DNA from: Ylistrum balloti | Taxonomy: Eukaryota | Direction: 5' to 3' | Length of the DNA stretch: 64,000 nucleotides | NCBI RefSeq assembly: GCF_031769215.1 | Contig: NW_026782057.1 | Span: forward strand, 310,001 to 374,000 | In this document: piece after piece, positions 1 to 12,377 of the stretch | Position numbering within the stretch: position 1 is the stretch's first letter | How the letters are laid out: every line of letters starts with the position of its first letter | The notes under the pieces: generated by a model | The model's input: the letters and a program-made list of their open reading frames with translations, nothing else | What the model was told of the DNA's origin: nothing | Database searches by the model: none | Program-made: the position numbers and the translations under genes

Positions 1-128
1 ATGAGGTCGACATTACAGATGGTGATACCTTAAACACTACTGGAGATGAGGTCGACATTACAGATGGTGATACCTTAAACACTACTGGAGATGAGGTCGA
101 CATTACAGATGTTGATACCTTAAACACT
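1..128. repeat. 45-bp tandem repeat, ~3 copies, truncated by the window edge
   Basis: Unit ATGAGGTCGACATTACAGATGGTGATACCTTAAACACTACTGGAG starts at 1, 46 and 91. Confidence 0.95.
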
Positions 129-742
129 GCTTCATGTTTTATAACCTGCGATACGAGAAGGATGGCATTTTATTATACTTTTTAACCTACCATTGGTTGA
201 GCAGACACATTATAGATAATTTATACCCTGACAGAAATGAAACATTATATTATATTATACTTAATATGCCACTGAAGGTGAGACATAATAGAATATTATA
301 ATTTCTGTCGTACTTATGACATTAATCATTCTCGAAACCCTATTTTAGGTCAGACGTAAATTATGACACGTAATACCTGTCTTAGATGAGAAATTATCAA
401 TTTCAGTTTTATTAAAACCTGTTGTAGTTGAGCCATTAATGGATGAGTGGAGATATACTAGGTATATGGTATACTCGATTCGAACTTGGAGAGTAGAACA
501 TGATATAATTTATCCTGCTGGACATAAGGATAGGCGTGACAGATAAAGTAAGACGCTGTATACCCTATTGACGACAATATGTTTGGTTTCATTGTTTCCA
601 TATTTTTTTCATTTTTTTAAAAGTACATGTGGCAATCCTGGAAATATGGTCTGCAGATACTACTGTGATCGGTTATATGTACTCTACAATGTATACTCAG
701 CTCAGATACATGGACTATAAATTAGTTTATGCTGTATTCCTC

Positions 743-3700
743 TCATGCGTCTTCTGTATCGAAAAGAATTGAGGAGTCACGCGCGATGTCGCGCCAGAAT
801 GTGTTTTCCGTGGAATGGCATGTCAACTCCTGTTTAACACCATACCGATCCACTTTCGAACCGGCCATGCGTCGTTTTCTATCTCGTGGCTCTATTCTGA
901 TAGCGTTCCTTGCTGCTATAGCAGCGTCCTCCGGGAAATAGTTAAATGGCAAGAGAAAAAACCCAACGTCCATTCCAGGGGTGGGGGTGACTGGAAGGTC
1001 CTCGGTGTGAGGAATGTGATGCATCCCTAGGGTAAGCCACACCACGAGATCCTGAAAATAAACAGAATTAAGCATTAGAAGCAATGTGTTTTTGGAAAAA
1101 TTGAAACTTCTTTCGTAGAAGATCAGCTTTTGTTGACTTAGTCCATAAATTTATATGTCCACAAATGGTTAAAACTAACAAAAGTAGAATTATCTAGTTA
1201 TATTCATTTACAAAATAAAATTGTTCACAAAAAGGATATTTTTGAAAATACCACGAAAATTTAATTCCACGAATATATATGCTTTTTTACAGACTTTATT
1301 TCTACAAAAAGGGATATCCATATTGCGAATGGGGAAATTTGTATAATGTTAAAAGCTGGTTAAAGTGTGAGGTTATATAAAGCTAAAACTAATTGAAAAC
1401 GGTCAGTTTACTTGAGAAAGGTTCAGAGCATACAGTAGTATAACAGATAAAGAAGAGTTTGAAAGGATCAAGAAGATATCTCTAAAAATGTCATTGATAT
1501 TCAGCCTTAGACCCATACGCAAGTGAAATAAAGCGCTTTAAAACTGACATTACCGCAAAAGAAATACATTAATGACAATTAGGTTTCTGTAAAATCCTGT
1601 ATTTTCATGGGTTCAATTTTCGAGGTTTTTAAAAAATATATAATAGACATTTGATTTTATAAATAAATATAGCTCAATAAATCTACTGATGTGGATTAAG
1701 AAAATCAACAAAATCATCGAAAATTAATCCCCCACGAAAATAAATAATTTTACAGTATCAAGATCAACAATTAAGAATATTCGATCATGCGCAACATATA
1801 ATGAAATAAATCAAACCAAAGTTGTTCAATTCAAATGTTAAAATGAATAGAAATGAAACTGAAACCATTTCAATAAGACCACGTGCATGTTACTTCAACG
1901 CGTCCAACACTTTCCACTAGCTTAGGGCTGAATTTCTTTAACTCTATGATAGATGAGCTATGAAGAATATATTTCATAGCGTACACTGTTTTCAAAGGTT
2001 CTTCTGTACAGTCTTCGAGGTTGCCAGTGGTAGACACTGTTGGTGGACTTTTAGTTTCCAGATTTGCCGTAACCTGCATGCCACGTATTGGTTCATTTAG
2101 ATAGTAGCAAAGATCATGATATTCATGTGTATAAGACGTTCTAAAATTATGAGATGTAGATTTTAAAGCCTAGGAAGAGAATGAGAAAAACTCATAGTAA
2201 TCAAAATAAAAGAAGTCAAAATGTAGATCAAGAGGTGCACTAACCCCATAATTCGGTTATTTTCGTAATTGTTATATATCTAGTAGAATGCAGTTTACTA
2301 GAAACTCGTTATCATTCTTTACTCTGTCATATTCGTAATCTGCATTTAATCCGCTTTACAGTGCGAGATATTTGCTTGAGCACGATATATTTCATTACTG
2401 ATACTCATATAGGAACTAAATGGCCATGTCAAGAGTTGTCTTTTTCATTTTGTATTGAAGGGTTGTAACCAAGAAACAGACAACTTTCTTATGTTGTCGA
2501 CAAAATTCTTTATATACGGCAATGCCTGCAAATCATGTCAAATTGGCGTTTACTTTCTGTTTTGTACACGTTTTGTATCTTGCAATTTCCAGAATGCGCT
2601 CAATTGTTTTCGGATTTTGCAGATTTAAACACATATTCATATTTATTTATTTACGAATCTAAAATCTATAACGAAAAGTGAAAAGTGTAATATGCATTTG
2701 TCGTCCATATTTTATCAAGAAGTTCGTGAGATAGTCTTGAAAGGATTGATACACAAGGAAATAACACATTTCGGAACAACTGGAGAATTATGTACAGTTC
2801 AGTGTTACGAGATGATATATTAAATGGTAATAAACAACTATTTCGTCTTTTAATGACTCGTCAGTGATTCCAGTGACCGCAATTGTTAAGACTTCGGAAA
2901 ATTCAAAAAAAAAAAAAAAAAAAAAAAGAGAGATTTTATCGATATCAATGTCAAATTCCGTATTTGGGGAAGAAGACACTAACCCTATCAGTTATTTTTT
3001 TTTATATTCAACACCAAGTTGTTTAAAACAATATCAATGATATTTGTATATTCGGAACCGTGCTAATATCCAAATAAAATAATACGTACTTGAAGTCCAC
3101 CGGTAGTGTTTAATGCCTTTTATCTTAAAGGATTATGAAAAACACACAGTTGAATAGCATAGTCCATAAAAAAAACAATTAGTATTCCTAGTTATAGTGT
3201 TCTTTCGAAGATAACTTTAAATACATACCTCGTCCAATATGGATTCGTTGTCATCTAAAAAGTCTTGGAACCTTACAACTGGGTTTGAAGCGTCAAGTGC
3301 GGCATGCTGCGAGCTGCTGAAAGTCTCCGTTTCCTTCCGCCGTGTCACCGCCATCTGATATCGCGACCAAGACATAGAAGGTTCATTATCATATCCTTCC
3401 GCCAGCAATGGCTTTGTCATTCCTCGTGGTAACACACGATACGATCTGTGTACGCCATATTTATTTGTTGATCTATTATTATAAAACGTAAGATATTTTG
3501 GTGAATTAAAATCAAACTTGTAGGCAGCGCTCATTTCATCTGGTTTCACGTTATGACTGAATTTGGTTTGATGATATTTTTGTCCACCGACCTTACCCCA
3601 AGTATTGTCTACAGTGTCTGGTTCAATATCAAGAGTTGCGAAGCGATTACTCGTACCCATAACATCAAGATCGACTTTGAAATGTATCAGGTGATGGTGA

Positions 3701-5292
3701 AGATTTCCGGTAATAAAGTCGTGTAGGCGATATCCATACGGGTTCTCTTCCGGTCTGTAATAACTAGTTGAAATAAAACCTGTAGAAAGAACACGTACTT
3801 GGAAAGCACCATTTTGGAAAAAGCGGAAATCAATTACGTAATCGTAATTCATGACAGTGAGGATGGTCCTAAATACGAGAATAATGCTCTCCATTCCTTC
3901 GTAAGAGGTCTGGCTAAGAGGTTCGTAATTAAAATGTCGGCGATGCGGGTCGCCTGTATTCAGTTCAAATATGCAGAACACATTTCGAGTGGTGAACGGC
4001 TCGTCGGACGTCTCCTTGAGGAAAGAGGCATCGATAAATGTCGCGTGAGACGGACAATCTACCCCAGGCACGAGAGGACTAGCCTTCGGGCCAATGAGAT
4101 CAAAAGAATCGAAAAAGTCAGCAAACATCTGAGCTGGGTTGTTAGCCGAATAGAACACGCATAATTCCTGTAAGCCAATCTCATACATAATTCGTTGACC
4201 ATCGTACCGGACGTCGTAGAGTTGTGGTCCATGCGCACTAGACATTCGGAAGTCGAATCTCCATCGCATATAAGTCACGTGATTATAATTTACACTATAT
4301 CGCTTTCCGTCTAGTTCAACCTGTGCAGGGTTTCGGAGAGGTTCCTCCCAAAACGGTTTCCCGCGTCTTTCTGCCTTTGAAAACGACTTGTCGTGATTTG
4401 GGTCGGGCCATGATGGTCTCGTCCTATTGAGAAACACACGAGATTTGAAATCTTCTATCCCGTCATAAGTAGTTCCACTGAACCATATTTTTTCAATGGC
4501 GAAATCAGAACTACCAGAGTTAACTAAAACAGAGAAATCTAAATTGTTCAACAAATAGTTTTCTTTGTTCCGACTCAGCCAGAACCAAAACTTTCGGGTT
4601 TGCTCCCCGCTGAACGTTGGTGACATAGTAGAAAAATAGGTGAGAATGAGACATTCGGAGCCACAATCACTGAGAGTTCCACCGTAGAACGTCTGTAGGT
4701 ACTCTCGAAGCCTCGTATCAAGTTGTTGTTCTGCAAAGAGCACCGCCTTATCGAGTTCTGGTATGTTACTTGGTCGTAATATGTAGGGAACAGAGGATGG
4801 TCGCCCAGGAACTGGTCTCATGTAAGTCGGATTTGGAAGAGGGCCGACAAGTCTTTCGATGACGTCAGGTGGGTTTTCTGCACCTCGAAATATAGTTACA
4901 ACTGCCTCCCTAGCTGGCTGTTTTCCATCGCCATCTAAATGTCTTAACACATCGTCTTTGTTGGGTAGGTACAGCTCGGCTAGATAGCGGTAGTTGGTGT
5001 GTACTGTGTTGAAGGGAGGTCTGGTGATGTTGAGGGATCCCTCTTGTGTCAAGTAAGAAACGAGGCCACGGATCTCAGTGGCTGTCAAGTCATGAAACAC
5101 AGACGGCTCAGACGGTTCGCCACGATAGACAGTACCATGTGCCTTTTGCGAAGTTTCGGACTTACTGACGTCACTGATCACAGTCGCCATATACACAATC
5201 ACTACCAGGAAAGCCAAACACGTCAGTAACAGGAACAAGGCAAGACTGCGCCATCTGTTGACTCTTTCGTTTTCTCCTTTCTGTTCAACCAT
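743..5292 (-). CDS. AOC: Copper-containing amine oxidase (TPQ-dependent), copy A; coding exons 5292-3229 and 1051-743; 790 aa
   Basis: N-terminal hydrophobic anchor (LALFLLLTCLAFLVVIVYM). Catalytic-base region FFDSFDLIG...GVDCP, TPQ motif VMNYDY, Cu-ligand segment NLHHHLIHFKVDLDV, and the third His in exon 2 (WLTLGMHHIPHTEDLP). Phase-0 intron: donor GAG|GTATGT at 3228, acceptor TTTTCAG|GAT at 1052. Stop TGA at 745-743. An acceptor AG sits 4 nt upstream of the ATG, implying a 5'UTR intron. Confidence 0.96.
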
Positions 5293-6599
5293 TTCACTAC
5301 AATCATATTAAATTCTTTTTTTTTATTAAGATGAGAACATTATGCTAAAATTTAGAATAAAATTTCATTGAATTAATGAATATTGGATTTTTGAATTCCA
5401 TGTGTCCTTAAGGTGCATTTTTTTACAAATATTCTAAAAACAAATATCGACCATAATGGAAGAGCATGGTCTCCTCTCCTTTAAAATAATATTGAGGCAA
5501 CCTTTATGGATTCTGGTGCATGAAAACCTATAAAGGGGAGCTGAAATAAACCTAAACATCAATAATCATTGCAAAGAGAACAACTCTCCGTGCCATCCTG
5601 ACAGAAGATGCAGAAAGACAAAAGTATGAACGAACAAATTCTTTCAAAATTTCAAAGTTATAATGTGTTCAGTGATGCCGACTTTCATATTGCTGAAGAA
5701 GTGATGAATGATTTTCATGATAAGCGCTTTTTTTCAGCGAATAACAGTACAGAATAATGTCAGAACTTGACATGTCAAAATGGGACGCCGATGTGCTAGT
5801 GTGCTTATTTACAATTTTGCTGTTGCTTGGAAGTAAATGTTAACAGCTGCCCGGTCTCCATATGAAATCTACGTCGTCCTTGATCTTTGAACTTACGGGT
5901 AATCAGAAAAATGTGGTGTTTCTTTTATAATTGCTGACAGGTATATTAGTCTAAGATACTTCCACATGTACATGATACAGGACCTAACCGCTTCATAGAG
6001 GCTATCGGGTTCTAGACATTAATATCGGACCTGTCCGAGATGAGTTTGTTGTTGTATGTTAAATATGTGTGACTTCTTGTTTCACACATATGTGTGGCTA
6101 AGAGTAATAATGAACCTTGAATATTGAGATAGCCAGTGGGGTTACAGTTATGGTCTATCGAATCAAACCGATAATCTGACAATACACCAACACTTTTCTT
6201 TGGTTAGCTTATCAGATATCAGCTATTTCCACATGTGTGTTGGGAGGGTTGCACAAACAATATTTAACCAAATGTTAAACACAGTTCAGTTCATGGTTCA
6301 GCATCTTTACACATCATTGAAATTCCTTTCGGAACATAAGTCTCACGCCTCAGACTTGTGTGAAGAGTGTGATCTTTGAGAGTAGGGGGAGAAATATTAT
6401 GCAACCGTGTTTACGAGGTTAATCAAGAAATTTTACAATTCTGTGTCAGAATAATTACTTTATAGAAGTACCCTATTATTACAACCAAGTATTGATCAAA
6501 GCATTAGCTGCTTTGACAAGCAGTGTATCAAAATATTTAGATGCCTTTGACCCTAGTGGCTATCTACGAAGTCTATCAAACGGTCAGGTGGTTTCAACC

Positions 6600-7450
6600 T
6601 ATTAAGCGTTATGGCGGTTTCAATCTATTAAACGACCACGTACTGAATTTGGTTATAGAGCGGTGAAGTTGTGTCTTGTTCTGCTTGTTTGACAAGTACT
6701 GTGTCATCAATACTTATGTGGGTTGCTCTTTTGTGTCTTCAAATACCCATGAACCGATTCATGCTCGCTTTTTGACGTTTTACATGTTCTCTGATGTCTT
6801 TGCCTGTGTTCGGAGTTTGATTATTATGTTTCTTTTAAATACTAGGATTTCTGGGCGGTAATGGTAGAAGCAAGAGGTGTACAACGACAATTCTTCAGAA
6901 GACCAAATAATTCCTGTTTCTATGTTTTTTGGTTGTTTTCTGTGGTAACTGCTGTAATGGATTTTCCTATTGTTTTCATTAATCGTTCAATTTATCTGTT
7001 TGCTTGCAGCCATAATGTTTAGTCTTTCTGTGGTGAAAACCAGTGAAATTATTACTGCTTAATTGTGGCCTACTATTCATTTGGGAGATGTATGGCATTC
7101 TTGACGTAGCGCAAGTTTTGACAAACAATACTACATCAGCACGGGTAGTAATACTTGTCTGTGTTTAAACAACAGGATATTTCGTGTAGTCATCAACAAG
7201 AACCGTTAGATAATAACTAGAATGGAAAAGTTCACTTAAGTCCATGCTGACCTGCGTCCATGGTTATTTGAGTTATAAGAAGTGGTTTTGTTCAAACGAT
7301 AGACAAGGTATGCATTCTTTGTACATTATCTTCTGCACTTTGTTAACACTGGGCAATTTCCCTCGGAGTAGCTGTTTTGTTTTCACTATTTACCAATATC
7401 CTTCACGTGCTTGCTGCATGACTTGGCTGAGATGAGACTGTTGTATGCTA
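6600..7450 (-). mobile_element. Degenerate Gypsy-like LTR retrotransposon integrase fragment
   Basis: Minus-strand translation across stops and frameshifts gives IVKTKQLLR...CIPC (Zn finger), PWTQVSMD...LVDDYTKYPVV, WLQANR*IERLMKTIGK, KQELFGLLKNCRCTP and HISIDDTVLVKQ. These are the ordered motifs of a Gypsy integrase. Confidence 0.8.
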
Positions 7451-8939
7451 AACATGTGCTATCTCTTGTTTCAAATCCATGTATGACTAAGAGCAACGAT
7501 AAAATCCTTAATCTACGATCAGTCCAACCAATTAAACCTTTATTCTACACTATAGCTGTGAAACTGTAACACAATAACAATGGTTTGACGTGCTTTCCTG
7601 TTATGTTTTAACCAGAATAATGGTGGTCATGAGCAACTAGTGATATGGTACATAAAGAACCTATATGCATGATGTAAACGTTGCAATTGTTGTTATTGAT
7701 CTTTATATATTGAAAACAAACTTTGCCAACTAACAGCATAGTTGCATACAATAATACAAAAACTGAAGATCCTTTGGAAGTGAAGAATGCCACAGAATAA
7801 TGTAAAATGTTTAGAATATTTGTCTGCCCTTTTTTTAAAAAAAGATATCAGATTACTACAAAACTGATATATGGTGGTATAATTCTATCTCAATGTAGAG
7901 AATATCGAAGAATGAATCCGAAAAGGTTTGCGTTTATCACTCCTCATATTACATTGATAAGATAGATGCCGCCATCTTTAAATAAGGATCTTATGGCATA
8001 TACACAGTAGCGAAAAGATATTTATGGACAAATTACATTAAGACTATATTTTAACGTAATCTTAAATTAGTTTTGTGGTTATTTTGTTTAATTGCAGAAT
8101 GGCTTTTACAAGCATGTGGGAACCAAGAGATGCTCTGTTTACATGGCGTCGTCATCTTAGAACAACAGCTAAAATAAAGTTAAGTATTATATTTACTTGT
8201 TTAGCATGACATCAAGATAGCACAGCTTTGATTTAAACTTCTGTGTTAACATACATATAATTAGTCATATAACAATAACATGCTGAGGACGAAAACTTAC
8301 CCCATTTTCTTGGCCAGTATGATCATGTAATTCAAAATAACCTGTGATGCCAGATACACTCAGCTAAGTGGAGGCAAGCCCGGAAAAAAAATAGAATGTG
8401 TGGTGTGCGTGTCTTAGATAATTAGTATAAAGATGAATGGTCGTACTGGTTTTATACGTAAACAAGTCGGACTGGGCAGTCAAACGTCCATCTGGCAGTG
8501 AGGGAGGCAGCAAGGTCACATTGGGTCAGTCAGGACAGCTGTATGTAATTAGTACAGATTAGCTACTTTTGTGTGGCATATAAATTTTGTTGAAAGCCTT
8601 GTTTCGGAAGTTACAGTTTGAAAGTTTGAGAACACAGACATGTTAATGTAGACTTGTTTGGTTTCGGTTGTGTAACTATATAGGAGTGAAGTGAATTATT
8701 TGCTGTCATATTGAGACTCATATATTGAATATGGAAACTAATGTGAAGTCTGTCCGTTGCACCTATATGTATGTGGACACACATATATATATACCTTATG
8801 TAAATAAACGGTAGATATTATAAAAAAATCTTTATCTTTGGTTTGAAACCAACACCATCCCCGCCACAATTTCAATACAGGTGCTTTCATACAAAGGAGA
8901 AAAATTTACCTTCAGACGGCCATTACTCAATAAAATCAA

Positions 8940-9220
8940 ACTATCAGGGCTATGATTTTTCTCTTCGTCAGTCCGTCCGTCCGTTCCTGCGTATGTGAAG
9001 TTTATCAGCGCTCTAACCGCTTCATTCCTTGTGGGGATCCCATTAAACTCAATACAATTATAAAGCATCAAATCATTTTGGACAAATTTGAGTTACAGAG
9101 TTGCTGGGTCAAGGCCAAGGTTACTTTAACTTTTTTTTCAAGAAGATTTACAAATCAGCATTTTTGAGGCCTATAAGGGACGTGTGATGCTTCAGCAACA
9201 CTCGGTATGCTTGGCATTCT
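8940..9220 (+). mobile_element. Degenerate Helentron-type non-autonomous (HINE-like) fragment
   Basis: GTCC microsatellite (GTCAGTCCGTCCGTCCGT) followed by a core containing GGTCAAGGCCAAGGTTAC, similar to the satellite core of the intact element at 40494. Confidence 0.45.
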
Positions 9221-11770
9221 TTATTTTATTTTAGATTCCTAGCCATTTTTTTCAAAACTGCTCATTTGTTATTATATGTACTCATATCGGGATCTATGTT
9301 TACTTGTTAAGGTCGTCTGACCAAAAGGGTAATCAACAACATTTTGGATTTGATAGCCAAAAGTAACACTGTTAACAATCATCAAAGTTTATTTGTGTGT
9401 TAGTTGTTCATATCTGCATTTCTACACGAATTTCTGCTGACTTTAACACTCTCTGGTAAAAATAGTAATAATTCAATATACATAGACATGGCCCTCGGAT
9501 GTAGAAATTTCAAGAAATTACGTTTATGCTTCTTGTCATCTGATAATTGAATTGTTATAAGTTATAAGTAAACTAATTAAAACTCAACTCACACTTAAAA
9601 GTTCTACATTTCTCAAGACACCATTCAATAAACGTATTCTTGTTTTGAGAAAACTTCTTTATTTACAGTTACAATTATTTACGTGTTTTGTACAATTTTG
9701 AAAAAAAGCGGAGACAAACCTAACAGTTAAGATATCAAAGAATGTCAACCTACATTGCATTATGATACCAGTCTACGGATTTGCATGTGTATCATTTTGA
9801 GTGACCATGTATTTTAGTATGAATGGTAAACGGTAGATATTGTTTGTCATCACCACTACCGGAAGTCATCCATGACTGATATCGTGAACTTTAACCTCTA
9901 TCGACAAGAAATTTTATAATGAAATGTAATGTTAACTACCAACTACCACATTTTAAAAATTTCTTTTGATATTAAGATTTTATTTACAAAACCCACACTT
10001 TAGATGGTAATATGTTACGCAATTTATCCCGTGAAAGGTGATCATTATGTTTATATAAACTATATATAGAACTCAAGGTCGTTACAATCTCTCTCGTGAT
10101 ATCATCTGATATCATGTTTATTCGTTACATACCACCTAGGAAGATGTCTAAGATTCGAGAACCATGCTATCTGTTTCGTCTTACATAATAATTATATTCG
10201 TCTGTCAGTGGTAGATTTGGCGCTGTGGTGAACGTCACCTTGCCGTTTTCGATATTGCACTATCACTTTCGTTTGTTGAGTTGATTGTCCTTTCAGCAAC
10301 CAATGTCAATTTGAAGTTGGCTCTCCTTAAAGTAGCAGGTGACTATGTCTTTGAACCTTGTATGGAGGCCCGCCTCATGCTAGCGAAAGCATCTGGGGTA
10401 GAGAGTTTTGTCAAAAGACATAACAACATTATAAAACAGATCGTAATTTCGTCTACCTGAGAAAACAAGAAGGACCCTGATAGGAATCGAACGAACACAT
10501 CGGAACCCCTCTAATGTTACAAAAATCGATGTTCTATCAGGGTCACAGTAAAACGATAACACTTCACCTATAACTGTTTCCATTTCTCGTTAAATGTTCA
10601 AATCATGTTCTGGTTGTGATTGAATCTCATTTGATTGTAATCGATTGTAGAATTCGAGAGGAATTTTATAGTTGAAAATAGGCGTGATTTTTAATGTTTC
10701 AACATTTTACGATAGGCGTTAAATAATGTGTTTGTAAGCAATGAAATTATAAGGTTCTATGGCGATTATTTCATTCGCGGAGACTAATGTATAAATCTAG
10801 ATGTTATCCAAAGGAAAAGTGAGCTTTCCGTATTACACGTGTTTCCCATCAAAGTGTTGTCTTGTGTGCAAAATCCGAAAAATGTCAAGGTTTATACGTG
10901 CCAACATTGCGTTGTCGAAAAAAACTCAAATAAGAATTCGACCGACAATTCCATGTATAGAAAACTCTGACAAAGAAAACTTTTTTTTTGCAATGGCTTA
11001 AATGAGTCAACGTACATCTGTAACCATGTCTTCACATTCATACGGCTGGTGTACCCTGTTGGCATATGACATTTTTCTGCAGAAAACAAAGCTATCTCCT
11101 GCATTGATACGTTTAAGTGACATATATGCGAAGTGCCAAACATTCTAATATTAAGCGTTCAAAGTGAACGAACACGAGTGCTTATATCCAAACTCCATGT
11201 CATGTCACGCACAATACGCTCCATGCAGATGTTGTCTGTATTGTGTGGTTATGAAATGTCACATGAACCGACATCTCGAGTTCATTTACAAGCTTCCTGT
11301 CTCTCTCGCGTGACAAAAACATGTCGATCAGCAACATTTAAGGAAACTCGAGAAAAGTTTGTTTCCATAACAGTAGTTGTGTTGTTTCATATTTCAACAA
11401 CATAATGTGTATGTTTTAAAAAAATCCAGATCCTGTTTTTTTATATACAATTTTTTAAAGAACAAATATGCAACCGATGTAAATAAATGTTCGCATCTAG
11501 CTTAAACAAATGGTAATCCAATCTCCAAGGCGACATTTCATATTTTGCATTACTACTCTTGGTCTGATATTTGCAACTGTAATTCAAGACATTATCAGTA
11601 GTGTGTACTTTTCCTACTGACACAGAGTTGTTACACACATGTTTACTTTGCCAAACACATACTAGTGGGCATTTATTGGAGTAAACTATCTGTTTTACGC
11701 GATACTCAATGCATATACCAATTATTGTACTCCTGGATCATTTGCGTTTTTGTAACAAAGGTCGTTTTGG

Positions 11771-11969
11771 GGAAAGAGTTCCTTTTGAACCCCCCACCCA
11801 GACTACCAGTAAGCTATAATAAGTCTAAAAGGGTTTATTTTAAGGGGTACCAAGAAAAATTGGGGCATGGTCTTAAAATCAACCCTTTCAGACACTTGTA
11901 TTATATTTACCAGGTTTAATAACCCATTGGTAGCCACTTTGGGTGGGGGGTTCAAAAGGAACTCTTACC
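11771..11969. mobile_element. 199-bp MITE with 30-bp TIRs and an 8-bp TSD (Merlin-like termini)
   Basis: TIR GG(A/T)AAGAGTTCCTTTTGAACCCCCCACCCA at both ends with 1 mismatch. Direct repeat CGTTTTGG at 11763-11770 and 11970-11977. Confidence 0.9.
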
Positions 11970-12138
11970 CGTTTTGGTTTTTAGCCGCTGATGATTGAAC
12001 CAAGAATTACTAGCTTACTGATTGCCGCTCTACTGACTGAACCAGCTGAATATCAGGTTCAAAACAGGAAGCGCCACATGTCTGAACAATATCTTAAGAC
12101 TGGACAAAACTTAACCTAATTTTATCGTTACAGTTCTG

Positions 12139-12377
12139 GCCCCACTTGTATAAAACATCTCAACTTGAGATTTCCTCAAGTCGAGATTTTCCTCATCTGA
12201 TATCTCCTCAAAAACGGCTTGTATAAGATTTTCTCAAGGAACAGGAGGAAGGCATCGGCTAGGATGTCCTGAAATTCCTTGAGGAATTTTCATACAAAAT
12301 ATTTTCAAGGAGATATTAGCTGAGAAAAATCTGGGCTTGAGGAAATCTCAAGGTGAGATGTTTTATACAAGTGGGGC
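12139..12377. mobile_element. PIF/Harbinger-like MITE, copy 1
   Basis: Long TIR GCCCCACTTGTATAAAACATCTCA...; flanked by CTG/CTG; near-identical to the copies at 14138 and 59402. Confidence 0.92.

Noticed and set aside
3217-3228. ORF-track C-termini of AOC (...DEVCI; ...DEVSTFVIYLFMSNL at 29557-29598)
   Set aside because: Read-through into introns. The third Cu-ligand His is in the downstream exon, reached via GT-AG splicing.
3799-4164. Plus-strand ORFs antisense to AOC (also 4999-5229, 30169-30519, 30565-30786, 31085-31655) and to ZIP (26901-27576, 48974-49183)
   Set aside because: Shadow frames of real genes; their similarity between copies simply follows the paralogy.
8090-8550. Exon-like plus-strand segment (TTGCAG-AATGGCTTTT..., MAFTSMWEPRDALFTWRRHLR)
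   Set aside because: No compatible partner exons or recognisable homology; probably a relic.
10380-11420. Short Cys-containing ORFs suggesting a zinc-finger gene
   Set aside because: Frames are broken by stops and show no consistent finger spacing.
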